Shown here: positions 1-11,979 of the stretch, piece after piece | Layout: each line of letters starts with the position of its first letter | Position numbering within the stretch: the stretch's first letter is position 1 | NCBI RefSeq assembly: GCF_001194135.2 | Contig: NC_068984.1 | Location: 69,615,957 to 69,679,956 of the forward strand | Source: Octopus bimaculoides | Lineage: Eukaryota | DNA length: 64,000 nucleotides | Reading direction: 5' to 3' | Notes under the pieces: model-generated | What the model was told of the DNA's origin: nothing | Database searches by the model: none | What the model saw: only the letters and a program-made list of their open reading frames with translations | Program-made: the position numbers and the translations under genes

Positions 1-664
1 CACACATATACATACACATGCACACACATATATATATACACAAACACACACACAAGCGAACATACACATACACATTGAATGAGAGTTAGAGATTTCATAT
101 GCAAAAAAGAATAAAAAAGAAAGATAAATAATGATGACTTTCAAAACCAATAATTCTAGCAAATATTCAATATTTAAAGATTGATGTTCTTTGTAGTTCG
201 AGAGTGGTTTCAATTTATCATACATCAACAGTGTAAATAGGACTAAATACCACACTTCATGTCTTTCAAGTTAAAATATACAGGCAAACTGATTTCTTTA
301 AATTTATCAATCAGGAATCAATAAATTAGTTTTCTACTCGATATGATAATGCTTATTTTTTTGTATTTGAGAAAACATTCGATGCAAAAAAAAAGTGTCA
401 CATATATGTATATATATAATTACACACACATACACACGCACATGCACATACATAAATATATATATATAGATATGTATATATAATATGTATATGTGTATGT
501 CTAGAATATATATACATAGGTATATGTATAGATATACATATATGTATATATATGTATATATGTATGTGTATATATATATATATACATATATGTGTGTGTG
601 TGTATGTATATATGTGTGTGTGTATGTGTGAGTGTATATATATATATATATATGTATATTTATG

Positions 665-695
<31 letters not shown>

Positions 696-1131
696 ATCTA
701 TGTATATATATACATATATACATATATAGACATATTGATATATATATATACATATATATGTGCATATATTATTCGAAGTGGCATACAGCTTATATATATA
801 TATATATATATATAAAATTCTGCACACACACACACACACTCATTCGCATATATTTATACATATGTATGTATGTATGCAATTGTTTATTATAGCTATTTCT
901 ATGTTGATATAATAACATGTTACATCCCTCAGAAATAGGGAAATAAAGAAAAAGGAATTTTCTTACTATTCTTTTCTTTTTTTCTAGGAGCTGAAATAGG
1001 AATAACAATATGTTTTATGGAAAACTTCATGGCTACTTATATACACGTGTATATACATACATACATATATACATATACATACATATACATAAATACATAC
1101 ATACACAGACACACATACATGCATGTGTACA

Positions 1132-1183
<52 letters not shown>

Positions 1184-1225
1184 TATATATAATGTGTGTG
1201 CGTTTATATAGACATGCACACAACA
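1..1225. repeat. Cluster of (AT)n/(AC)n/(GT)n/(ATAC)n microsatellites
   Basis: Visible dinucleotide runs at about 1-70, 400-875 and 1030-1200; they explain the YI/HT/CV-repeat ORFs in the track. Confidence 0.95.
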
Positions 1226-2202
1226 CATTCTCATGCACAAGCACATAAACACCGTATTGTTTATAGTGGTGATCAAGTAACTGAATAATTATAAGGGAAA
1301 CATGATATCTATAACATACTTGAGCACTAAAATAATCTATGCAAAATAAATCATGTGGCTTGATGGCATGTATTTAGATAAACATGTGAAGGTGTGATGT
1401 ACTGAATGACATATGCAAAAAATATTGACTTAATTGAAATTTCCTGCTTAGATGAAGAAAGTTAATAAAAGTAAAATGACGAACTGCTGAAATTCTTATC
1501 AAGTCTCAAAGGAATGGGATATAATTCAAAAAAATTAATATTTAATTTCTTAAAATTAATTAGAAATGAATGAATTGAATGTGTATCTTAGTGAAAGAAT
1601 AACCGGAGAGTGTGATAGACAGCTCTCATGATGGTTGTTGGTAAGGAGGTTGAATAGAAACATTAAGAGCAGAGTAATGAGAGATAGGAGTGATTGAAGA
1701 CAGAGAACACGGACGGGTTGTAGCTGAGTGAGTCCTGGAAATGAATAAGCATGATCGAAGAGAGAAAGGGAGTGTGTGAGAGAGAACGGTGTAATAAAGA
1801 AAGAAAGATAGAGAGAAATAGTGCAATGCCTATCTGTTATTTGTAGGTAAGAGATAAGTATGAGAATGTCTAATTCATATTTGACTGGCTCAAGATTGCT
1901 TTGATCAGCAAAGGCTTAATATTATAGAAAAATTGGTTTTCATGTTTATCATACAGCAGAAATCTTCATTCTACATTCTGGACAAAAAGAAAAACAGAAA
2001 GGAGCTAAAGGAAATAACTCAAATTCCCCAGTGGATTATAATTACTTATATGATTTAAGAGGTGATGCATTGAAGTGCAATATGCAAAACATTCACACAA
2101 AATAACATGAAATATAAATGGTCAGCTCTAAAATAATAAACTGGTCAATTAAAAATTAGTAGAATGTGTATTAATGTGTATGTGTGTGTGTGTGTGTGTC
2201 TG

Positions 2203-2855
2203 TGTAGGACTAAGTAACGGAAATACCACTTCGTGTTTGACCATATGACAAATTCAAAACTATGTTGTCTTTTTTAAATTTTGTTGGGGCAGGTATTTAT
2301 ATTTGAATGAATTAAAAGCTATGACTAATTCTGATTTCTAAAGAGAACAAATTGCAGGAGCACAGATTGTTGGAACTACAATCACTAAAATTTCTTGAAT
2401 TATTTATAATTCAAGAATTACTAAGGTTTCACCTAATAAACCTAAGGTAAATCTACTTCTGGCAAGCATAATTCTGAATAGAAAGCAAATTTCTCAGAGA
2501 GGGATCACATATATTTAAAATAGTTGAAATGCATTGTGAAATGTATTTAAATCCATTGAAATATAGCAACAAATGTGATAGCAGAGCTAAATAATCAACT
2601 TGCCAACTCTGTAAAGCTTTGTAAAGCTGAATACCATGGGAGGGCTGCAATTGCTAAGCCTCTCTCCTCCACCAACAAATTGATGAAAGGAAAATATGGA
2701 GTCCAAACTATCAGAAGTCAATAGATCAATGGAACTTGTCATCTTTTCTGATAAATAATCATTCACCCTTTCTTCCCAGCTAGGGGTGCATTTTGACTGA
2801 AGACAAGCTAAAGAAACTTGCAACCTTAACTGTTTCATCCTTACTGTGAAGCACA
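2203..2855 (+). mobile_element. Tc1-family transposase remnant, 3'-truncated, with stops and frameshifts
   Basis: Plus-strand translation gives MTNSDF*REQIAGAQIVGTTITK (paired-like HTH start), AELNNQLANSV, YHGRAAIAKPL and VIFSDK*SFTL...CFILTVKH. These match the Tc1 motifs GRAAxxKP, VIFSDES and TVKHGGG. Confidence 0.8.
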
Positions 2856-3092
2856 CACATAAATATACGTATATATGTATGCATTCTTAAATGCATGTAT
2901 GCATCACTGACAAGCATAAATGCAAGTTCTATCAATATCGAGCGTTCATATCATATACAAGTATGAAGTACATGCATTTATAAACAATTCTCACAAATGC
3001 CAATCTCTACACATGCACAAATATTCTCATGCACTCGCATATACACTTCGATCATTCTAGCACATAATGTTGATTATTGCAATTACTAATAA

Positions 3093-3316
3093 GACATAGT
3101 GCTGCCAGAATCATTAACGAATTTGGACAGAATACTTTGCTTAGCAGCATTTCTGCTACCTCTTTATATAACGAGCTCAAATCTCACTGAGGGCAATGTT
3201 GCTTTTCATCCTTTTGATGTTGGTAAAATAAAGTACCAGGTAAGTGCTGGGGTGGTTAATGTAAATAACTTGCTCCTTCCTTTCAAATTTGCAGGCGTTG
3301 TGCCAAATTTGAGATG
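3093..3316 (+). mobile_element. SINE family A (tRNA-like head; body gcctttcatccttt..gataaattaagtaccag)
   Basis: Diverged match to the clearer copy at 52762-52985; ends in an (AAT)n tail. Confidence 0.75.
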
Positions 3317-3350
<34 letters not shown>

Positions 3351-3489
3351 TAATAATAATGAGAAGAAGAAGAAGAAGAAGAAGAAGAAGAAGAAGAAGA
3401 AGAAGAAGAAGAAGAAGAAGAAGAAGAAGAAGAAGAAGAAGAAGAAGAAGAAGAATAGTAAAGATGATAACAACATTAATGATAATAAC

Positions 3490-3520
<31 letters not shown>

Positions 3521-3540
3521 TTAATAATAATAACAATAAT
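3317..3540. repeat. Compound microsatellite (AAT)n-(GAA)31-(AAT)n
   Basis: Pure GAA run at 3363-3455 flanked by AAT runs; source of the poly-I/poly-R/poly-F ORFs. Confidence 0.95.
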
Positions 3541-3752
3541 CCTTTCTATTATAGGTGCAAGGCCTGAAATTTGTGGGGAGGGGATAAGTCAATCATATCG
3601 ACCCCAGTACTTGATTGGTATTTAATTTATTGACCCTGAAAGGATGAAAAGCAAAGTCAACCTTGGCAGAATTTGAATGCCAAATGAAAAACAGGTGAAA
3701 TACTGCTAGGCATTTTGCCTGGCATGCTAATGATTCTGCCAGCTTGTTACCT
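3541..3752 (-). mobile_element. SINE family A
   Basis: Reverse-orientation motifs gaccctgaaaggatgaaaagcaaagtcaacc and ctggcatgctaatgattctgccagc. Confidence 0.85.
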
Positions 3753-3834
3753 TCTCTGACAACAGGCTGCTATCCTCTCACAGAAGCAACTGGAACAAAC
3801 AAGACCAAGTGCTCTGAGATGTAAAACAAAAACA

Positions 3835-4310
3835 ACAATCATACTGCCCTGATGCAGTACCAGGCAATGGCTCCCATGGCTTTTGATCTTAACTTATTGG
3901 ATGTGCTATCATGTACATTGTTTAGTCTCGCTGTAAAAGATGGGCTACAGCAAATATTCTGCTCAATACTACAGATTTGCTTGTCAGTTGCTTGGCCTTA
4001 AGCAGCTGAGCATGTTCCTTAGTGGCTGATGATATGTGCATCTCTGATCATGAGCAGAAGTAGTGGGAGAGGATCATAGCCATGTGTTGAGAAGAGTTCT
4101 TTGGGGTTTGAATAATTCACCTTTGGAAACATTGTTTTGTTTTTTGTTCAACATCCTTAAACAACCCTTATTCAGGGACATTTTGAGTGGGATGGACTAC
4201 TCTACCTGAAGGAAATTCTAACTAAACCCCACCTGCACGGTCATGGACTGTTTATCTTGAGATGAGAACACTATGTTGTGCACATATGGTTGTGATGCAC
4301 GTGCCTGGTC
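3835..4310. repeat. Unclassified interspersed repeat (Octopus-type)
   Basis: Sequence recognised from memory as a common octopus repeat; no coding motif; boundaries approximate. Confidence 0.4.
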
Positions 4311-4451
4311 TTATCAGATGGATAGTGATGTTGGGTATTCTGGGCTTCATATATTTTACCCCAGTATCACTTTGATGGCAAGCACTACTCTTTCACATAA
4401 TAATAATAATAATAATAATAAAAATATTAATAATAATAATAATAATAATAA

Positions 4452-4700
4452 TCCTTTCTACTATAGGAATGAGGCCTAAAAATTTGGGGGAGGGGGCAAG
4501 TCGATTCCATCGACCCCAGTACTTGACTGGTACTTAATTTATCAGCCCCTTTTGGGGTTGATAAATTAAGTACCAGTCACCCTCAAAAGGATGAACGGTA
4601 AAGTTAATCTTAGTGGAACTTGAACTCAGGACGTAAAGGCAAATGAAATGCTGCTACACATTTTTCCTGGCATGCTAATGATTCTGCCAACTCTACACCC
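4452..4700 (-). mobile_element. SINE family A carrying an internal inverted duplication
   Basis: Family A motifs on the minus strand; hairpin at 4524-4579 interrupts the ggtacttaatttatc..ccc..aaaggatgaa core. Confidence 0.85.
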
Positions 4701-4701
4701 T

Positions 4702-4866
4702 ATAATAATAATAATAACAACAACAACAACATCAGCAGCAGCAACATAAACGAGAAGAAGAAGGAAGAGAAGAAGAAGAAGAAGAAGAAGAAGAAGAAGA
4801 AGAAGAAGAAGAAGAAGAAGAAGAAGAAGAAGAAGAAGAAGAATGACTATAATAATGATAATGATA
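4702..4866. repeat. Compound microsatellite (AAT)(AAC)(CAG)-(GAA)25-(GAT)
   Basis: Pure GAA run at 4769-4843. Confidence 0.95.
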
Positions 4867-4867
4867 A

Positions 4868-5008
4868 TTCTTTCTACTACTGGTGCAAGGCCTGAAATTT
4901 TGGAGATAGGGGTTATTTGATTAAATTCCCAAGTGCTCGACTAGTACTTCTTTTATTGACCCTAATAGAATGAAAAGCAAAGTCAGCTTTGGCAGAATTT
5001 GAACTCAC
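4868..5008 (-). mobile_element. SINE family A, partial
   Basis: tggtgcaaggcctgaaatttt...ttattgaccctaatagaatgaaaagcaaagtcagctttggcagaatttgaactc. Confidence 0.75.
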
Positions 5009-5647
5009 GTATGAGAATCTCCCCTGAGATATTCGTTTATCAGCTTCTCTTTCATTTCTTGACAGAGAATTCTAACTACCTCCAGTACACCTATGTGCTT
5101 ATAACTGTCATCCTCAAACATTGCTCAGATTGATGTCGCATCTGGGAGTTTAATCCCTTCTGATTTGAATATTTTTTTCTCTTTTCATTACAAACACTGC
5201 ACATTTATCTATTCCAAATTTCATGTTAATGAATTTAACCTACGCAAAATGATATGAGGGTCGGGGATATTTTCTTTATTTGTCAGCATTCAATTCAAGT
5301 GTATCTACAACTATGCTTGAATATCTCTCAGTTGATCTAACTTTGTATTTATCTCCATACACACAAACACACAAACATATACACTGCCTCAAACATGAAC
5401 AGAGGTAGTAAGCAAAAAATGATATGGATTAATATCACATTTCTAGATGTTTCCACTAATGTAGCTAGAAGTTACCTGCCACTAATTAGATAGCACTCCC
5501 CATGAACAAATAAATGTCATAAAATTTTTAATGACTATAATGTCAGGGTTAGCTACTCATGCTTAGATGATATCACTTCCAAAACTGCACAGTACTATGA
5601 AACAATTATGCACTCTTAAATTTCCACTCCATATTCATAGTTTCTAG

Positions 5648-5718
5648 GCACATCATCATGTTACAGCTGAAATCCTGTCAACAGCCTATGCGCAAGATCT
5701 TGTTTCTCAAAGGCCATG
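5648..5718 (+). CDS. Candidate internal coding exon (AHHHVTAEILSTAYAQDLVSQRP), phase 0 to 2, product unknown
   Basis: Pyrimidine-rich lead-in ending tttctag, open frame, donor ATG|gtgtgt; phase-compatible with 6260-6310. No homology recognised. Confidence 0.3.
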
Positions 5719-6259
5719 GTGTGTAGAGCCATACTTACACTAACTGATAAATCGATAGATAGAAATGGAGAGAGAGAGAAAGAGAGAGAGAGGGGTGGAC
5801 AAGAGTGAGAGAAAGAGATACATATGCACTGCACACGTATATGCATATATGTTTGCCACATACTCACATGTATATGGATGCATAGACACATCACACATAT
5901 ATATATACATAAATACATAAATGTATATATATATATATATAGTATTTAATAAACACAAAATACGTGTTTATGTGCTACTATTAGTTTCATTTGCTGTGAA
6001 CATGCCAAACATTGTTAGCTTTTGTTTTGAATGCCAAGAGGACATCTAATGTAAAGGATGCACATGAGGTAATGTGATGAATATTGCAGAAATAGATGTT
6101 AAAAGTGTTATTTTCAACTGATGAGCTCAAAGTATGATTTTTCATAGAGACGGTGAAATCAGTTGATATTTAAATATATACATTCCTTACTTTTGTATTC
6201 CAATCAAATTAAGCCTGTTTCTCCTATATTCGTTGCATTGCCTGTGTGTATTTTAATAG

Positions 6260-6310
6260 TGAGTTATTGGTGTTTTTAGAGCGATGGCTCTGCTCTGCTT
6301 ATAGCAAATG
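6260..6310 (+). CDS. Candidate internal coding exon (ELLVFLERWLCSAYSK), phase 2 to 2, product unknown
   Basis: Acceptor gtattttaatag, open amphipathic-looking frame, donor ATG|gtatat. Confidence 0.3.
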
Positions 6311-6439
6311 GTATATAAATCCCCTACTGTATCTGAATTTAATTTATATTTTACCTACAAAGGTGTAAACTTTGTAGCCACCTTATTATTTTCATTATTA
6401 TTATTATTAATGGTAATAATACTTCTTTGATTTATATAT

Positions 6440-6472
6440 GTATGTATGCACCTCCTTCTCACTCTCTCTCTC

Positions 6473-6511
<39 letters not shown>

Positions 6512-6532
6512 ATAAATATGTAAATATGTGTA

Positions 6533-6566
<34 letters not shown>

Positions 6567-6571
6567 CACAC

Positions 6572-6647
<76 letters not shown>

Positions 6648-6655
6648 ACACATAT
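6440..6655. repeat. (CT)n/(AT)n/(GT)n microsatellite block
   Basis: Direct inspection. Confidence 0.95.
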
Positions 6656-7131
6656 ATCCTTTGATAATTAAAAGACTGTTTGTTTGTGTATGATTCTGGT
6701 AGTAACTTCAGATACTTACATTTGTTTATTTGTCAACACCATTATCACTGACACCATTTCTGATTCATAAGTGATTCGAAAGAAACTCAGTACATGTTTT
6801 ATTATATGTATATTCAATACAGTATTAATTTCAGTATAGTATTACCTCGAGGCAATAGATTTGAAGGAAGCTATTCATAATGATAAATATAATTCCTTTT
6901 TATTTTAAAAAATATTACAATAGTATTGTTATTATCATCAATACTACTAGCATACCAGTCATCTCAATACATAGCATTTTCTTAATTAACTGCTTGCAAG
7001 GCTATAGTTTTTCGTTTTGCAACCATAATATACTATCGAGTATATGAAGGGTTTACAAGTCAATATTGTGTTACTTTTTTGTTTGGTGTGCAATGTTTGC
7101 AATTTATGAATTTATTTCTATAAATTTTTTT

Positions 7132-7377
7132 ATAGAATTCAGAGCCTGCACTGCAAGTTACGATGTTTTGTATGTGAATATGTCCATGTAAATACTTGCT
7201 AAAACTAGTAGATATTTAAGCAATGCATTGTAGATAGGGTTGGATGTGTTCCTGATGAAAGAGCAATAATTCTTGAAATATGCATATACACCCATTACCC
7301 TTTTTTATCAATTGCATTCCCCTATGCATATTCGTATACGAAATGTTGTAACTTGCAGTGCTGGCTTTGAATTCTAT
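7132..7377. mobile_element. Old inverted-repeat element (MITE-like)
   Basis: 7132-7182 matches the reverse complement of 7327-7377 at 43/51 nt by manual alignment; outer ends unclear. Confidence 0.6.
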
Positions 7378-7644
7378 GGAAAATCTACAGAGATAAACTT
7401 TAAAATGATAGCATTTTCTATACGATAGTTTATAGATATTTTCTTTTGAAACCTGCAAGGATGTGGAATAGATATTTATTTCTGGTGTATAAAATGGTAT
7501 ATGTTTATACATAGTTCACGTAATTCTCATGAGTGAAGTAAAAGATATTGACTACATATATATTTTCTTGGATTGATGATGTTACTTCAGCATTGTTGGT
7601 ATGCATAATGTAGAAATTTCATTAAGTAACTATACTTCTTCACT

Positions 7645-7752
7645 TTCTTCTTCTTCTTCTTCGTCTTCTTCTTCTTCTTCTTCTTCTTCTTCTTCTTCTT
7701 CTTCTTCTTCTTGCTCTTCTTCTTCTTCACCACCACCACCACCACCACCATC
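7645..7752. repeat. (CTT)n-(CAC)n microsatellite (GAA on minus strand)
   Basis: Direct inspection; forms the tail of the adjacent minus-strand family D SINE. Confidence 0.95.
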
Positions 7753-7754
7753 TT

Positions 7755-7990
7755 CTAATGTTCCTACTCTATGCTAGTATAGGCTGGATGGTTTGACAGG
7801 GATCCGGTGGGTCCAAAGAATTTTATCATGCTCCAGTGTTTGTTTTGACGTGGTTTCTGTGTCTCCACGCTCTTCCTTAACACCAATGGCTTTACAATGT
7901 ATTCTGGGTGCTTTTTACATGTCACAGACTCTACTGAGTTCAACAAGTAGCTTGCAAGACTATAAAAACCTGAGATGGTGGCACATCCTT
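7755..7990 (-). mobile_element. SINE family D (LINE-type 3' tail), diverged
   Basis: Reverse-complement similarity to 20460-20640 (ccaacccatgctagcatgg; gcacccactacac). Confidence 0.6.
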
Positions 7991-8282
7991 CCCTTAAATG
8001 GCAGTTAAGGTATGAGAAATGAGGTTGGGGTAGAGCTGCTTGATGTTGTAGAGGAGCTATATGGCTACTCACATTCAGGAGAGAGACAGAGAATGAAATG
8101 GTGGTATCTCCAAAAAGATGATATAGTGGTGTTGAGGTTTTGTATTGCTAAGAGAAATTAATATAATCATTATGGCAAGTAGCTGCAAGAATATGAGAGC
8201 TGTAATGTAACAATGTAACCAAGCATAAAAACTTAATAATACAGTGGTATGACTTTCAAAATGAAGGTTTTTTTTATAAATA

Positions 8283-8890
8283 TTAGGTGCAGAAGTGGTT
8301 GTGTGATATCAACTGGTTGTGTGGATTCAGTCCCAGTATGTTGCGCCTCAGGCAAATGTCTTCTGCTATAGCCATCGGCTTACTAATACCCTGTGAGTTG
8401 ATCGAGTAGACAAAGACTGAAAGAAAGCAATCATATATATATATATATATGTAAAGTTGTGGTGAAAGAGTACAGCATGGTTTGCCAACACCTGCTGCCA
8501 GAGCCTCATGGAGCTTTAAGTGTTTTCGCTCAATAAACAGTCACGACACCCAGTCTGGGAATCGAAACCGCAATCCTATAACCGCGAGTCTGCTGCCTTA
8601 ACCACTGAACCATTGCACCTACATGATAGATAGATAGATATACGCACACAAATAGATATATGTGTATATAATTATGTGTGCATGTGTGCGTGATGTGTGT
8701 ATCGTTGTGTTTGTTTCCACAACCAGTTGACAACTACTGTTAGTTTGTTTATGCTCTTGTTACTTAATAGCTTTACAAAAGTGACTGAGTAAATGAGCAC
8801 CAGGCTTAAAAGTCATTTAGTGAAAAACCCTTCATGCTGGTGTTACAGCAGAACCACAGTCCAATGACTGTTGCATGTAAAAGATAAAAG
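8283..8890 (+). mobile_element. SINE family B, head (8283-8440) and tail (8690-8890) split by a nested SINE C
   Basis: Head matches 32186-32350 and tail matches 32400-32600. Confidence 0.7.
8452..8622 (-). mobile_element. SINE family C (tRNA-derived head)
   Basis: Minus strand reads ggtgcaatggttcagtggttaaggcagcagactcgcggttataggattgcggtttcgattccc, containing Pol III A-box (TGGTTCAGTGG) and B-box-like (GTTTCGATTCC) motifs followed by a non-tRNA body. Confidence 0.8.
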
Positions 8891-10254
8891 ATAGATGCAT
8901 ATTTAGTATTCAGTTATTAAATTTTGTTGCTGAGAAGTGATACATTTTGAGGAAATTATAGATATTATTTTCTACATTAGAATATCTTATTTTACAATAT
9001 TTGAAAAAAAAAAAAGAAAAGTTCATTTACAAAAAATGAACTAGAGTAAAAGATGAGCAATGAAGGTACGACAACAACAACAACCAAAAAATGGGCACTT
9101 CTTAAATATAATATTTAAAAGAAAAAATACTTGAATCTATGCACGTGTACATGAGGCAGTATATATCAGTTAGATTTCTAAACATGTAACAGAATGATAT
9201 GAGAATGTGTAAATGTAACAGGTTTTAAATTTCCTGAGCCTGCAGAAATGCTGATAGAAGACACGTTCACAGAAAGTTCTTCAGGCCTCAGGGACTTTGG
9301 AAGTGGGTATGTAAGAGGGATTGATTTATGCCTGACAGTGCCATAAGATCTATCAGTAATGAGCAGAAGCCAAGGGATTCTCTGATTGATTTTTGGTTGG
9401 TGATATCCAATTTATTCCTAAAGGGGGCTCAAGAGATAAGTACACCAACCAATTAATGATTGGCTGAAACTAGTCATGTGATTACAATGCTGCACTTTCA
9501 GCTAGGTCAGGAGATAAAAATATATTTTGATGGTTAAAAATATATCTATGATAGGTTTTAGCCAATCAAAATACTTTGATGGTTTTTGCACATTTTTTTT
9601 TTGTGCTCAAATTTGTTTTTCACTAATAGGATCACAGTTAACAAATGTTGCAGTTGAAGAGTTCTATTTGCATGTGTCTCCATTGATTTTACACGCTATT
9701 ATGGAAATGTATTGAACATAGCTGTGTGTGTATGTGTGTGTGTGCGCTCATGCGTGTATGTGTGTAATGAGAAGAAAAGGAAACATGTAGCTGCCTGCTG
9801 GTAACGTTTTTCTGTCTTCTAAGGGTAAATGTTGAATCTTACTCTGCTGTCTTCACAGTTATTCTGCATTTGAAAATTACGTTCTTCATTTTAAAATAAA
9901 AACAGATTTTTGTTATGAGTGTATGTTATGAAAAGCAAACAGAAGCAAGTATGGAAGGGCAAGAGTATAAGAATACCTTGCATATACTCGCATTAATGCA
10001 TCTTTCCCTGTGGTTTACTTTTTTTCACTTACTAACATAGATCTCTCCAGAGGGAAATCTATGAGGTTTTTAACAGCAAAAACTTTCTCAAACAGCACCT
10101 TATTACCTTAAGATAAGGTTGCCACAGAATACATTATTTTCAGTACACTTTAAGAATTCCTTTGATAATAAGTATAAGTGATCAGCGATGACCAGAGGCT
10201 ACAAGCAACTGAAAACGGAAAGAGTAATAAAACACGAAAATGCACACTAACTAA

Positions 10255-10257
10255 ATA

Positions 10258-10327
<70 letters not shown>

Positions 10328-10425
10328 CATATATATATATGTGTGTATATATATATATGTGTGTGTGTGTGTATGTGTGTGTATACACGTACATACATAC
10401 ATACATATATATACACACACACAAA
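10255..10425. repeat. (AT)n/(GT)n/(ACAT)n microsatellite block
   Basis: Direct inspection. Confidence 0.95.
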
Positions 10426-10879
10426 CATAAAATCCACTGTCACTACAAATTTCTGTATTTTACAAACTGAACATATTGTTGCCACTTCTAATATTCCGAT
10501 AGTGTTTCTTTATTATTGAGTGTTGGAAAGCTACATCAGATAAAAGATCATGGATTGCTTTTCACACTACAGATATGTGTTGAAATTCCTATGTTTACAC
10601 TCCTTTAATTAGATATTTTTCTAATTAGAGTTGACAAGCTTTCTAGTAATGCAATCTTTAGACAGTTATACCTAATATAGTCAAAACAAAATTTACTTTG
10701 TTCAAACTATTAAATATACTAACATGTGACATAGTTGTTTATTGGCTTTTAACATAGTTGTAAAGTTTACATTACTGGCTGGGATCAATACAAACTGCTA
10801 GAAAACCTGCTGAAGAGGCTTCATTCTATTCTGGTGTCACCAAAACCAATGCTCGAGATATGAAAAAAGAGATGATGAG

Positions 10880-11035
10880 AGAGAGGAGGGGCTGCACCTA
10901 CACTCAGCTGGTACTGATTTTCAGCTGAGTGGACTGGAGTAACATGAAATTAAGCACTTTGCTCAATGACACAAATGCTGTCTGGTTCTGGAATCAAATC
11001 CAAAATCTTTATGAATGTAAGCCATGCATTTTCTC
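10880..11035 (-). mobile_element. SINE family E (CORE-like, cagctgagtggactggag motif), diverged
   Basis: Reverse-complement similarity to 23728-23890 (cttgagcaagacact...gctccagtctactc). Confidence 0.55.
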
Positions 11036-11607
11036 AGAATTCATAAAAGTTAGTAAATTAAAGTAGGCAGAGTACATTTTGAAATCAAAATTCTCAGAAC
11101 TATATAAACTGAATATGTGTGTGTGTGTATACACATGCATATTTTTTTATTTATATGTATATATAATTATTGAGTCAGAAAATTGAGAAATCCAATAGAT
11201 ACAAATCAATTTATTGATTAACATATTCACCTACAATTGCTTAATTTCACAAGCAAAATTAAGTTTGCAAAACATATACAGATTCATAATTTTTAATTTT
11301 AAATACCTTGTATGGAAAATCACCAGGGTGTACAAAAGACAGATAAGGTATTTAAAATGCAAGAGTATATATCTATATATATTTTGTAATTCTAATTTTG
11401 TTTGTGAAATGAAACAATTGTAAGTGAATATGTTAATTAATAAATTAATTTTTATTCATTGGATCTCTCTATTTTTTAACTCGATATTATTTACAATATC
11501 TTATATAATATATTCATTCAAAAAATATCTCTTCAAAATATATATTAAACCTGTGTATCTTGGACAAAAATATCCCTATAAGAAGTTTAGAGATCCTCAG
11601 TGTGACT

Positions 11608-11696
11608 NNNNNNNNNNNNNNNNNNNNNNNNNNNNNNNNNNNNNNNNNNNNNNNNNNNNNNNNNNNNNNNNNNNNNNNNNNNNNNNNNNNNNNNNN
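11608..11696. other. Assembly gap (N run); other gaps at 18681-18895, 20104-20113, 36139-36148, 48975-49423, 50502-50511, 62282-62791
   Basis: Runs of N in the sequence. Confidence 1.
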
Positions 11697-11979
11697 ATAC
11701 ATATATATACATATATATACATATATATACATATATATATACACATTCATATATATACATATATATATATTTATATATTACCCAAAGTGTACAGTATTAT
11801 ATGTTCATATGCCCATTACAGCCGATCTTACCAATTGGTTTCCTGATAGGGATTTAACAATGTTAGGTAACAATCTGGTTATGTAACCCTGCACTCATCA
11901 GAAATACCCAATATGGAATGGAATATGACAACTGCTCTCTATTGTTGGAAGCAAATAGATACATATGTATATAATTATA

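Noticed and set aside
334-1276. Many 60-143 aa ORFs rich in YI/HT/CV
   Set aside because: Translations of dinucleotide microsatellites; the same applies to ORFs near 6400, 10150, 20636, 21774, 33787 and 35247.
2587-2856. 89-aa minus-strand ORF that looked like a real exon with acceptor and GC donor
   Set aside because: It is the antisense of the Tc1 transposase remnant (GRAA..KP, VIFSD, TVKH motifs on the plus strand).
3177-3625. Poly-Arg/poly-Ile/poly-Phe ORFs
   Set aside because: Products of the (AAT)n-(GAA)n microsatellite.
8452-8622. tRNA-like sequences here and at 32186, 52762 and 23728
   Set aside because: They have Pol III boxes but continue into SINE bodies without a complete cloverleaf or acceptor stem; they are SINE heads, not tRNA genes.
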